IMG/VR virus record: IMGVR_UViG_3300025828_000016
Span: 21,500-85,499 of that record
DNA length: 64,000 nucleotides
Reading direction: 5' to 3' (one strand)
Source: a virus
Of the stretch, positions 37,781 through 45,954 are shown one piece after another. Numbering within the stretch: the stretch's first letter is position 1; every line of letters starts with the position of its first letter. A model generated the notes under the pieces. It searched no databases. It saw only the letters and a program-made list of their open reading frames with translations, and was not told the DNA's origin. The translations under genes and the position numbers were made by a program.

Positions 37781-38556
37781 TATTGATTAACTCCCATTAA
37801 AGCATCGTATGAATCTGTTCTAATATTATTTAGTTTCTCTAAATAATCGTTTCTTCGGAGGACTTTAAAAACTAGATTTTCAACCGAATAGATCCCACCG
37901 CTTTCCAAACCTGCTTTTCTATAACGCTTGATACGTTCCATAATAGCATCACCCGCTTGTTTTGCTTGTAGGAAATCTTTTTCAGCATACATATCGTAAG
38001 CATCATCGATCTCGTCCATTATTCTGGCAGCTTTCTCTTTTACCATTTTATAATCGACGTTCATTCTACTGCTTGATGGTCTTTGCACCCAGCGATTGTT
38101 CATAAGAGAATAAACCCCAGCAGAATGATGAGGTTCGTTTGTATCTTGAACATAGATTTCAACTTCAAAACCCTTGAAGAGAATTTTGTGAATTATATTC
38201 CACAGTCTTGATTTCTGACTTAGATAATCTTTTAGAAGTTCTTTATCTTTTAACTGGTTAAAATCAATAAGAATATGAAGATCAAAGTCTGACATATCAG
38301 ACCAATTGTAAGACGCAAGAGAACCTGTGAGGGTAATATCTTTTATCTTTACATTGGGATCTAACTTGAGATCTTCGAAATATTCGTTGGCGATATTGAG
38401 GGCTGCCTGAAGAATCTCTGGATCAAGTTGTTGGTTCCTGGTCCAGAGATCTTCAGGCAGGGAGGTTTTCGAAATTAAGGTGGAGGTGTTAACTGACTCG
38501 GGTTCTATTAGTTCCTCAAGATAAGTTCTCCAAGTGTTCCAATTGTTTGAGTTCAT
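37780..38556 (-). CDS. Pol-beta superfamily nucleotidyltransferase
   Basis: TGS...SDFDLH (GS..DxD), VEIYV, ENLVFKVLRR. Confidence 0.8.
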   Translation of the reverse strand: MNSNNWNTWRTYLEELIEPESVNTSTLISKTSLPEDLWTRNQQLDPEILQAALNIANEYFEDLKLDPNVKIKDITLTGSLASYNWSDMSDFDLHILIDFNQLKDKELLKDYLSQKSRLWNIIHKILFKGFEVEIYVQDTNEPHHSAGVYSLMNNRWVQRPSSSRMNVDYKMVKEKAARIMDEIDDAYDMYAEKDFLQAKQAGDAIMERIKRYRKAGLESGGIYSVENLVFKVLRRNDYLEKLNNIRTDSYDALMGVNQ

Positions 38557-38559
38557 GCA

Positions 38560-38772
38560 TTAATTAGTTAGTCCTTCTAAGAATTTCTCATTTACATGTC
38601 CACATTTAGAACACTTAAATAATTGAATTGGCACCATAGTTTCTTTGCCGGTTGGTGACATCAAAGCACTAATATTTTTTATAATGAATGCAGGAATAAA
38701 TGTCTCATTCTCGCATTCTTCACATTTTATATTATCTACATTGCTTAGGTCGATATTGATATTTTGGTTCAT
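38560..38772 (-). CDS. Zinc-ribbon protein
   Basis: CEEC ... CSKCGH. Confidence 0.7.
   Translation of the reverse strand: MNQNINIDLSNVDNIKCEECENETFIPAFIIKNISALMSPTGKETMVPIQLFKCSKCGHVNEKFLEGLTN
38561..38569 (-). promoter_or_regulatory. Putative late promoter AACTAATTA
   Basis: 4 nt before ATG 38556. Confidence 0.6.
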
Positions 38773-38817
38773 AATAATAAAAATCTTTTAATTTTGTTTA
38801 TAAATTCTTTTCTTTTT

Positions 38818-38997
38818 TTATTTTTGAAATCGTTTAACCACCGCCTCAAAACGTTGAGACACCTCTGTTACGAGGGTTGTGTAGTTGTTTTTAAGGACAG
38901 TTACCTCGTCAAGAAGACGAGAATTTGTCACGCTAAGTTGTGATACTCGCTTTTCTAGCGCAGTAACTTGTTGTTCTAGTTCTTTATTAGTAGCCAT
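38818..38997 (-). CDS. 59 aa coiled-coil protein (not in ORF track)
   Basis: AGGAGG RBS; MATNKELEQQVTALEKRVSQLSVTNSRLLDEV... Confidence 0.65.
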   Translation of the reverse strand: MATNKELEQQVTALEKRVSQLSVTNSRLLDEVTVLKNNYTTLVTEVSQRFEAVVKRFQK

Positions 38998-39049
38998 AAA
39001 AATAACCTCCTTTGGCTTTCCTATATTATAACTTAATTTTATTGGGATT

Positions 39050-39235
39050 TTAATCTAAAATGAGTTTTTCTAGTCTATCTTCAAGTTCTAGTTCCCAAAG
39101 TTGTAGATCTTCCAAGACTTCCTTGGGGACATCTACTCCGATAGATACAAGATACCTTGCCCTTCCTAAAGTTTCTCTAACCTCAGCAAGGTCTTTTCTT
39201 AATCTAAACTCGTCTATGTATACTACATTATTCAT
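39050..39235 (-). CDS. Hypothetical protein
   Basis: NVVYIDEFR N-terminus; 61 aa. Confidence 0.55.
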   Translation of the reverse strand: MNNVVYIDEFRLRKDLAEVRETLGRARYLVSIGVDVPKEVLEDLQLWELELEDRLEKLILD

Positions 39236-39265
39236 TGTTTCTCACGGAAACTACATTAAGTCAGG

Positions 39266-39592
39266 TCAGGTTTCTTCGTCAATTGTATCTTCTTCTTGAG
39301 CGTCAGCCTGTTCACCTTTCATATAATTCATAACAGCACTCATATAATCTTGTGCTTTTGTGATTTTTGATTCTACCCACTCTGGAAGGTTTGTATCGTC
39401 ATCAACCATTTCATCAATCATCGTAGCAAGGTCAGCAATGCGGTTTAGTTGAGAGTCAGCCATAGCGCCTTCGCCATCTCCATCGCCATCATCCATTTGC
39501 TTTCTAGCACGGGCTGCGAGATATGTGCCGAGAACTTCGGACTGTATTTCTTCTTTGATAAGTTCTTTTAATCTTGCTTTTGTTATCTTCAT
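39266..39592 (-). CDS. Probable virion-internal protein (tag MKITKARLKELIKEE)
   Basis: Tag A; EGAMA..QL, LPEWVESKIT. Confidence 0.7.
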   Translation of the reverse strand: MKITKARLKELIKEEIQSEVLGTYLAARARKQMDDGDGDGEGAMADSQLNRIADLATMIDEMVDDDTNLPEWVESKITKAQDYMSAVMNYMKGEQADAQEEDTIDEET

Positions 39593-39627
39593 GTGTTATT
39601 ATCCTCTTGTAGAAAAAGAAGTTTCTA

Positions 39628-39636
39628 TAAATAGTT
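39628..39636 (-). promoter_or_regulatory. Putative late promoter AACTATTTA
   Basis: Intergenic, before tagged gene. Confidence 0.6.
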
Positions 39637-39641
39637 ATTCA

Positions 39642-39977
39642 ATGTTTAAAGGTATTTTAATATTTATTTTAGGTCAAACCTTCGCTTGGTTTAGCATTAA
39701 TTTGCAATTTATGAGCGAATGGTGGAAAGAAAGACCAGTATTCACAGCATTGGTGTTTTCTTTCCCAGTTGGTTTGATGTTTTTATATGGCACAAAATGG
39801 ATTGTTCAGGATGCTGGTTATTATTGGGCGTCAAGGATTATAGGGTTTTCTATATCCACAATAATCTATTCGATTCTAACTTGGTTCTTTCTTGGAGAAT
39901 CTTTTTTAGAAACAAAAACTTTAATCTGTTTAGTGTTGTCAATTATCATAGTTTGTATACAAGTATTCTGGAGATAA
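39642..39977 (+). CDS. Small four-TM membrane protein (SMR/DMT-like topology)
   Basis: Four hydrophobic segments; FFLGE motif; start refined to MFKGIL. Confidence 0.6.
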   Translation: MFKGILIFILGQTFAWFSINLQFMSEWWKERPVFTALVFSFPVGLMFLYGTKWIVQDAGYYWASRIIGFSISTIIYSILTWFFLGESFLETKTLICLVLSIIIVCIQVFWR

Positions 39978-39978
39978 T

Positions 39979-40197
39979 ATGGAAGTTTGGTTAATCAGAA
40001 GAGCAATGGGACCGCAGACATCTGTGGAGGGTGTATTTAAAAGTCATTCATCTGCTGTCAGGTGGTTTAATAAAAATGCGAAAGAACACGAACAATGGTT
40101 GCCGTCCAAAAGAGACAGCGCAAAAAAGATTGTTTCTTGGAAAAGCGAATATCATGGTGGTGAAATGCGTTTAGAAAAGTGGGAAGTCAAAAGGTAA
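39979..40197 (+). CDS. Hypothetical protein
   Basis: 72 aa; GGAG RBS; coupled to upstream gene. Confidence 0.6.
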   Translation: MEVWLIRRAMGPQTSVEGVFKSHSSAVRWFNKNAKEHEQWLPSKRDSAKKIVSWKSEYHGGEMRLEKWEVKR

Positions 40198-40321
40198 TTT
40201 AAAAAAAATTTTTATCTACCATATATCCAACACCCCCTAATCATAGCACTTTCTCCCACTTATAGCAGAGCAGTCTATCGTTTAGGTCTTTTGGGCATTC
40301 CGTGCGTCTATTTAAGACGTA

Positions 40322-40567
40322 ATGTTGATAAACTCCAAAGGGCGGAAAAAGGGGGATCTCGCTCTAATAAAATACAAAGATGAACCACCTAAGTTTGTGA
40401 TCTTTCTTGGTCACTATTATGATCTATACAAAAAGAATTTTTTTCATTGGGCAGGGGAAGGTTCCATTGGACCGCCTGTGTTTCTAGAACAGTTGCCCAA
40501 TGGAGAATGGGTTGAAATGTCACGTCAATACAATAAGAAGTATCTTTCGATTGAGTGGTTTAGTTAG
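40322..40567 (+). CDS. Hypothetical protein, paralog of 42183..42407
   Basis: PxVFxEQxxxGxWV...EW shared. Confidence 0.6.
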   Translation: MLINSKGRKKGDLALIKYKDEPPKFVIFLGHYYDLYKKNFFHWAGEGSIGPPVFLEQLPNGEWVEMSRQYNKKYLSIEWFS

Positions 40568-40568
40568 A

Positions 40569-41330
40569 TTAACTTTTGATCTCTTCTCTAATCATTTGCT
40601 TTAAACGAGATTGGGTTAGTTTGTTTTCTTCAAATCTTCTTCTACCTCTTCTGCTTCTCTGTGGAAGATAGCTTTGTGCTTGTCTCGCTTGTCGTCTAGC
40701 AATACCGGCTGGGCTATCGTGATAATCGTCTCTTTCATCCTCATAGTCATATCTACGACTTGGGCGACTTTTAGGACGCTCTTTTTCTGGTTCTTTTTTC
40801 TTTGTTTTAGCCACAAAGTAGGTATTATCAGGCATATTCTCAAGGTCTTCTTCAGTAACACTCATAAAAGCACTTTTTACTGCTGGATCTTCGATTAACT
40901 CTGCGCCGCTTTTAAGGTAGTCCAAAGCTCTCTCTGGAGATAAATTAAGTCCACCCTTTGTGCCGCCACCAGACCACCCTTCTGTACCCCAGCCGACGCC
41001 ACGATCTAAGCCAGTAAACGGATTAACGTCTCGAAACACAATCAGCACATTTACGCTGCCGTTGTTTTTACCAAGAATAAGACCCTCGCCGCCTTCCATA
41101 ACGTGATCTTCAAGATCTTTCATGCCGGGGTCTTCTTCTTTTGCCCTATCTCTTTCTGGTCCAGTAATCCAATAATTGGAAGGAAATTCATAAACGCCAG
41201 AGGGTAGATTATCAAAATCTAAACCTTCGCCTTCAGTTTCTTCAACCTCGGCTTCCATTTCTTCAGCTTCCATAATGCTTTGTAGTTCTTCTTTGATTAA
41301 CTGCTTGAGTTTTGATTTGGTGATTTTCAT
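40569..41330 (-). CDS. Probable virion-internal protein, tag A at both termini
   Basis: MKITKSKLKQLIKEE and C-terminal KLTQSRLKQMIREEIKS. Confidence 0.7.
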   Translation of the reverse strand: MKITKSKLKQLIKEELQSIMEAEEMEAEVEETEGEGLDFDNLPSGVYEFPSNYWITGPERDRAKEEDPGMKDLEDHVMEGGEGLILGKNNGSVNVLIVFRDVNPFTGLDRGVGWGTEGWSGGGTKGGLNLSPERALDYLKSGAELIEDPAVKSAFMSVTEEDLENMPDNTYFVAKTKKKEPEKERPKSRPSRRYDYEDERDDYHDSPAGIARRQARQAQSYLPQRSRRGRRRFEENKLTQSRLKQMIREEIKS

Positions 41331-41344
41331 TTTTGGTTCCTTTA

Positions 41345-41584
41345 TTAATCGTCTTCGAACTCACGTTGAGCCACTTTAACTATTTTTGCTAAAAACTTTG
41401 CTGATGTAGTGTATCCGTGTGTTGGGTTAAACTCTCCTGGGTCAACAACTTCTATGTTTGTATCATATCCATCATCAGATATGCTAACTTCTACAAATTG
41501 ACCTTCAGAAAACTCTTCTTCGTCATATTGTTCTTTTAGTGTTTCAACAATAAGTTGTTTAAGTTTGGATTTGGTAATTTTCAT
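41345..41584 (-). CDS. Probable virion-internal protein (tag MKITKSKLKQLIVETLKE)
   Basis: Tag A. Confidence 0.65.
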   Translation of the reverse strand: MKITKSKLKQLIVETLKEQYDEEEFSEGQFVEVSISDDGYDTNIEVVDPGEFNPTHGYTTSAKFLAKIVKVAQREFEDD

Positions 41585-41627
41585 TCAGGTGCTCCTCGTT
41601 AACAGCAATATTATACCATTTTCGTAA

Positions 41628-41636
41628 TAAATAGTT
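41628..41636 (-). promoter_or_regulatory. Putative late promoter AACTATTTA
   Basis: Intergenic, before tagged gene. Confidence 0.6.
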
Positions 41637-41681
41637 AAGTTTGAATGAAAAATAACGAGCAAGAGAGATTTTTTGGAAGGT

Positions 41682-42062
41682 TTAGTGGTGGTTGTGGCGG
41701 TGATGGTGGCGGGGTCTTCTACGATTGTGTCTAACGTGGCGATGTCTATGTCTATGACGGTTATTAGTCCATCTCGTGGATTGTCTTCTTTGACCATTTA
41801 ACCACCGTCTATGTCGTCTCCAGCGTCTATGATGGTTTTGGGAATAACGATATCCATCCCAGTTTCTCCAAGAGCGAGCATAAGGTCGCCAACTATTAGC
41901 CCAATGTGGCGGCGGGGAAAAAACTTGTGTGGTGTAAAGTTGGGGCAAGCGTTGTGTATACACCACATCTTGTGGTTCTGCCATCCAACCATTTTGAACC
42001 CAGCAACCGTCAGTCGCCCACATGCTACCGTTTAGTAAAATAAATAAAATACATGCATTCAT
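41682..42062 (-). CDS. Secreted-type protein with Arg/His-rich tail
   Basis: GGAGG RBS, hydrophobic N-terminus, RH-rich C-terminus. Confidence 0.55.
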   Translation of the reverse strand: MNACILFILLNGSMWATDGCWVQNGWMAEPQDVVYTQRLPQLYTTQVFSPPPHWANSWRPYARSWRNWDGYRYSQNHHRRWRRHRRWLNGQRRQSTRWTNNRHRHRHRHVRHNRRRPRHHHRHNHH

Positions 42063-42145
42063 AATGAATCCTCCTATGGGTTATATTGTTGCATATGTTG
42101 TGCCAACATTTTAGCAAAATTTTTTTCATATATGGCAACTTTCAC

Positions 42146-42174
42146 TTGACTTGTACCCAAAAATAAACTAGTAT
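42146..42174 (+). promoter_or_regulatory. Sigma70-type promoter
   Basis: TTGACT-17-TAGTAT, 8 nt before ATG 42183. Confidence 0.65.
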
Positions 42175-42182
42175 ATATAACA

Positions 42183-42407
42183 ATGGTTGAAGGCGCTTTA
42201 GCGATAATAAAAGTTGGCAAGAAAACTAGATTCAGTGTCTATAGGGGTAGATACTCTGAATTCTATGGTAAAAAAGATGCCTTATTTACAAAGAAATTTG
42301 CCGGGGAAGACCCGCTTGTGTTCTCGGAGCAACGAGAGGACGGGTCATGGGTAATAAGGCATTATTTTTTTAAAAGTAGCGATTTATACTTAGAGTGGTT
42401 AACTTAG
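42183..42407 (+). CDS. Hypothetical protein, paralog of 40322..40567
   Basis: Shared motif; has its own promoter. Confidence 0.6.
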   Translation: MVEGALAIIKVGKKTRFSVYRGRYSEFYGKKDALFTKKFAGEDPLVFSEQREDGSWVIRHYFFKSSDLYLEWLT

Positions 42408-42853
42408 TTAGGGACTTCTTCCACAACCCCAGTAACCGTTAGGTCGCCCTTAAAAGGCTCGAAATTGTCTTCGGGAATTTTGTTAGAGTGGAAAGGTTTT
42501 CCGCCTCCCTCACGGTTTACAGCGATAGTAATATGAGGAAACGCTATTTTTTTGCTTATCTCGTGGGGCACCTCGACTTTAACAGCCATAGCACGGTCAT
42601 CTAACCCGACATGGGTTACTTTAAGATCTACTTTATCACCAGGACTATAGTTCTTTGAAAAGTCATGCTTGCCTTTTGGATGCAAAAGAGGTCCAAGCGT
42701 AATAGTCATGTGATGGGCTATTTCTTCCCATCCTTCGGGTATATCGAACTTATCCAGTAGTTCCTGGTGTGAGTTGTCGTCTAAAACCACGCCAGAGTAA
42801 GCAACATTTTCCGTTAGGAGGTATTGGTTCCATCGTTCAAGAATAAGTTTCAT
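42404..42853 (-). CDS. 2H phosphoesterase with N-terminal tag MKLILERWNQYLLTE
   Basis: Two HxT motifs: HMTI and HITI. Confidence 0.8.
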   Translation of the reverse strand: MKLILERWNQYLLTENVAYSGVVLDDNSHQELLDKFDIPEGWEEIAHHMTITLGPLLHPKGKHDFSKNYSPGDKVDLKVTHVGLDDRAMAVKVEVPHEISKKIAFPHITIAVNREGGGKPFHSNKIPEDNFEPFKGDLTVTGVVEEVPN

Positions 42854-43737
42854 TAGTATTTAACGCCCTTATTAGCGGGGTTCCATGCTTCGGGGATGGG
42901 TTTACCTGGATATTTATGGTGGGGAAGGGTAGGTGCTTCCGCTAAACCCAATTCTTCGATCATGGGAAGGGCTACGCCTTGCCAAATAAGAGAACCGGGA
43001 TCAGAAGACTTCATGCCGTAGGATTGCCTATGAGCGCCAATAAATTTGATTTCACCGCCAAGAGCGGATACTTGTTCTACGGTAAGGCGTATAGCGGCTT
43101 TACCGGCTTCTATCTGTTGCTCGGTAGGTATCATTGGTTTGCGGTTAGGGCGTGACTTAGGTTTCCAGAAGTATCGTTCTTCTGTGCCTATGCCCGAAAA
43201 GTATCCCTCAAACTCAAAACCAACAGAGCGGCTATTCCAACCGTGACCGTGGGGTACTCTAAGGTCTACATCGTGTAGTTGGTAAGCCTTAGCATAATCT
43301 CCACAGGTAACTACCCAGTGAATGGCTAGTCTGCGCCAACGGTGCCATCCTTTATCATCTGAGTCTTTTACTGCCATTTGGTGTAGGCAGATTGTGTCTA
43401 TGGCAGTTATTTTATTTCTACGGGTCCACTTTTGGTACTCGTCCGCTCTAACGTCTTCTACTAGGGGGTGTAAATCTGCTTTTTGGGTTTTGGATTCTTT
43501 TAGAATCTCGTCCACAACCCACCCTCGGATGATTCCATCGTCAATGTCAGAGCATCCTAACTCTTTATCGTCGCAAAACTGTGCGATAGCGGATAAAGTT
43601 TCTGACCCTACCTGCCCATCTGCTCCCCAACGGTCTAGAGGGTACCCTATACGGATTAGTGCCCGTTGTAGTTCTTTTACTTTGGAATTTTTGTCTCCGT
43701 TGTTAATGTCTGTCATTAGTCGTCCATGCCTCCCCAT
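42853..43737 (-). CDS. Endolysin: peptidoglycan-binding domain plus N-acetylmuramoyl-L-alanine amidase
   Basis: VKELQRAL..GY..ADG..G.ET; LHQ, HGHGWN..SVGFE, AHRQ..SDPG. Confidence 0.8.
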   Translation of the reverse strand: MGRHGRLMTDINNGDKNSKVKELQRALIRIGYPLDRWGADGQVGSETLSAIAQFCDDKELGCSDIDDGIIRGWVVDEILKESKTQKADLHPLVEDVRADEYQKWTRRNKITAIDTICLHQMAVKDSDDKGWHRWRRLAIHWVVTCGDYAKAYQLHDVDLRVPHGHGWNSRSVGFEFEGYFSGIGTEERYFWKPKSRPNRKPMIPTEQQIEAGKAAIRLTVEQVSALGGEIKFIGAHRQSYGMKSSDPGSLIWQGVALPMIEELGLAEAPTLPHHKYPGKPIPEAWNPANKGVKY

Positions 43738-44159
43738 ATATCTAATTCTCTTATTTCTTCTCTTAGTTCTACTTCTTCTCTAAAAGCAGATGGAGTTATT
43801 TCAATCCCTAACTTTTTAGCCACCTTGACTAATGCAGCAGTTAAGAAAGCGCCTCCTGGTAAAATAAAAAGACCCAACAAGGCAGTCCCCAATGTAATGT
43901 CTTTTGCTTGTTCTTTTACAAACTCGACTTCTTGTGGGGTTAATTTTTCTCCTCGCATAATTTTTCTTAGCAGAAGTACCCCTTCTTTGGTCTCTGACAA
44001 TTCTTGCTTTAATCCCACTAGGAATTTCTTGAATTGTTCTTTACCTGCAACCCCTTTCTTTTTCACCCATCCTAGTGCATCTTGAACCATGCCTTCTTCT
44101 AGGATTTTTTCGTGTTCTTCTCTTATTATCTGTCTTAGGGTTGACTCTGTTAGTTTCAT
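43716..44159 (-). CDS. Probable virion-internal protein (tag MKLTESTLRQIIREE) with hydrophobic hairpin
   Basis: Tag A; LLGLFILPGGAFL. Confidence 0.65.
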   Translation of the reverse strand: MKLTESTLRQIIREEHEKILEEGMVQDALGWVKKKGVAGKEQFKKFLVGLKQELSETKEGVLLLRKIMRGEKLTPQEVEFVKEQAKDITLGTALLGLFILPGGAFLTAALVKVAKKLGIEITPSAFREEVELREEIRELDIWGGMDD

Positions 44160-44162
44160 GTG

Positions 44163-44399
44163 TTAATCTTTTTGTTTAGCGTCAAAGTTCTTTAAAAAGT
44201 TGTCTGCTATTTCTTTGGCTAGTTTGCCTTGTATGTCCCTTAATTCTTTGCCCACGTCGTCGCTTTTTTTACCTGCGAGTTTTTCTGCGGCTCTTGCAAT
44301 GGCAGCGTCAACCGTACCCTCAAGTGCTCCACGGGGATCGGTTTGCTCTTGTAATACTTCTTTGATTAAGCGTTTTAGTGTTGACTTGGTTATCTTCAT
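44163..44399 (-). CDS. Probable virion-internal protein (tag MKITKSTLKRLIKEVLQE)
   Basis: Tag A. Confidence 0.65.
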   Translation of the reverse strand: MKITKSTLKRLIKEVLQEQTDPRGALEGTVDAAIARAAEKLAGKKSDDVGKELRDIQGKLAKEIADNFLKNFDAKQKD

Positions 44400-44450
44400 G
44401 TGTTATACTCCTATGGTGTCCTGGGGTAGAACGGGGTGTTCTTTTACAAG

Positions 44451-44459
44451 TAAATAGTT
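44451..44459 (-). promoter_or_regulatory. Putative late promoter AACTATTTA
   Basis: Heads the tagged-gene block. Confidence 0.6.
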
Positions 44460-44575
44460 ATTGGGTTTTTAAAGTCTCAAAAAAATCTGGGGCGATTTTT
44501 TGGAATCTCGGAAAATTGGGGGCGTGTCGTTTTTGTACTTAGTCGCCGCCGAGCGCCACGCCACCATTGGGTGAC

Positions 44576-44615
44576 ATACCCTCCGGGTATAGGGGTAGGG
44601 GGGAGGGGGTACCCC
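44576..44615 (+). other. G-rich element: hairpin ATACCC-tcc-GGGTAT, four G-tracts, palindrome GGGGTACCCC
   Basis: G3-N4-G4-N2-G6-N1-G5 at 44585-44609 in AT-rich DNA. Confidence 0.6.
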
Positions 44616-44748
44616 TGTGTCAACAGTTTTTACACTTGTGGTTTTTATTCTCACACTGTGTATTATTTTCCCCTTTTAGACTTTTGGACATGTGTATATT
44701 TGCTACACTGTGGATAAGGGAGTCTAAACCGCCGAGGGTATTAGGGAT

Positions 44749-44979
44749 TCAGTGTGTGTATTTTTTTCCCCCTGAGACAAACAACTGTCCATTAAGTGCA
44801 TAGAGCAATAATGCAACACTAACAGAATCCATGTCCACTAGCAAAGGGTCTTTAGGATTAGGAAGCCATCCCACAACGTAAGGCAAAAAGTGCTGTACTT
44901 CTAGGTGTGTAGCATTTGATAGTGCTCTAATGGTAGCATAAGGGTCTTTGCTTGTTTTGGTACGTTTCTTGACTGTCAT
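44749..44979 (-). CDS. Hypothetical protein
   Basis: AGGAGG RBS, 76 aa. Confidence 0.55.
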   Translation of the reverse strand: MTVKKRTKTSKDPYATIRALSNATHLEVQHFLPYVVGWLPNPKDPLLVDMDSVSVALLLYALNGQLFVSGGKKYTH

Positions 44980-45038
44980 AAATTGCCTCCTAAAAGTCTC
45001 TCTCCCCTTAAGGGGTTTGCTAATTTAACCTATTGATA

Positions 45039-45209
45039 TTATTCGTTTTCCCATTTTTGTCTATTTTCTTTACACGCCCGTTTTGAGGCCTCTGCTCGCT
45101 TGTTAATCTCTACCCAAGTCTTACGGCGTAGAGCGTGGAGAGCATAAGGGTTGCGTATTTGCAACAGTTTAGACTTTATATGGGTTTTGTTTTGCTTAGG
45201 GTTACTCAT
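45039..45209 (-). CDS. 56 aa basic protein (not in ORF track)
   Basis: GGAG RBS; MSNPKQNK...IRNPYALHALRRK... Confidence 0.45.
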   Translation of the reverse strand: MSNPKQNKTHIKSKLLQIRNPYALHALRRKTWVEINKRAEASKRACKENRQKWENE

Positions 45210-45679
45210 GTATGGGTGTCTCCGTTTTATTCGGTTGTAGGTGTAAAAGTGTTTGACATTTGTACTATATAGGGATACTAAATGCGTACACCTCTTGCGC
45301 CTCTTGCGTCCTCAACACTCTCTCCCACTTCGACCCACTTTATTACATCCCTAACCATAACCCTAACTTATGTGCTAACCAGAAACAAATAACTATCACT
45401 AGGATACTCTTTGCTACTTGTCTCTTTGTACTACCTCCCACATAATAACTATGCTAGGTGTTAGGGTTACTCTCTTATTGGTTTCTTATTTATTTGTTTG
45501 TGTGTTCTTGCCAACGTATAGGTAAGGACTTAGAAGCATCATAATGTATACTGAAAATATAATGTATTGCATTGGTATTCTCTCTCCGACTTTTGTTTGA
45601 GTGCTACTAACTAGAACCTATACTATTCTAAAAGCATTTAAAACAATTGTTTTCTTTATGACCTCCGCAATAAACCTTA

Positions 45680-45934
45680 TTAGAACCAATCTCCCCACTC
45701 TTCTTCTGTTTCTGTTTTGTCTATCAGTTCAACATTAGTGTAGACTACGTATTGACCTTCGTAGTAGCGAACATCTGCACCACTATCTTTAATCATCTGG
45801 ATAACTGTCTGGTCATCTATGTTTAGTGCTTCCATGATAGAATCTAAAAGGGTTTGTTTGTCCTCCGCACTATCAAGGCAAAGTGACTCAGAGTTATCTA
45901 GGACATTGGAGATAAGGGTTTTTAAGGTTTCCAT
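45680..45934 (-). CDS. Acidic early protein
   Basis: GAGG RBS; D/E-rich. Confidence 0.65.
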   Translation of the reverse strand: METLKTLISNVLDNSESLCLDSAEDKQTLLDSIMEALNIDDQTVIQMIKDSGADVRYYEGQYVVYTNVELIDKTETEEEWGDWF

Positions 45935-45954
45935 TTTTATGACCTCGCCGGTTT

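Noticed and set aside
39626-39633. T4 late promoter TATAAATA on the plus strand as the general late motif
   Set aside because: Most copies point toward minus-strand genes as AACTAHTTA and several lack TATAAATA; bidirectional use at this one site remains possible
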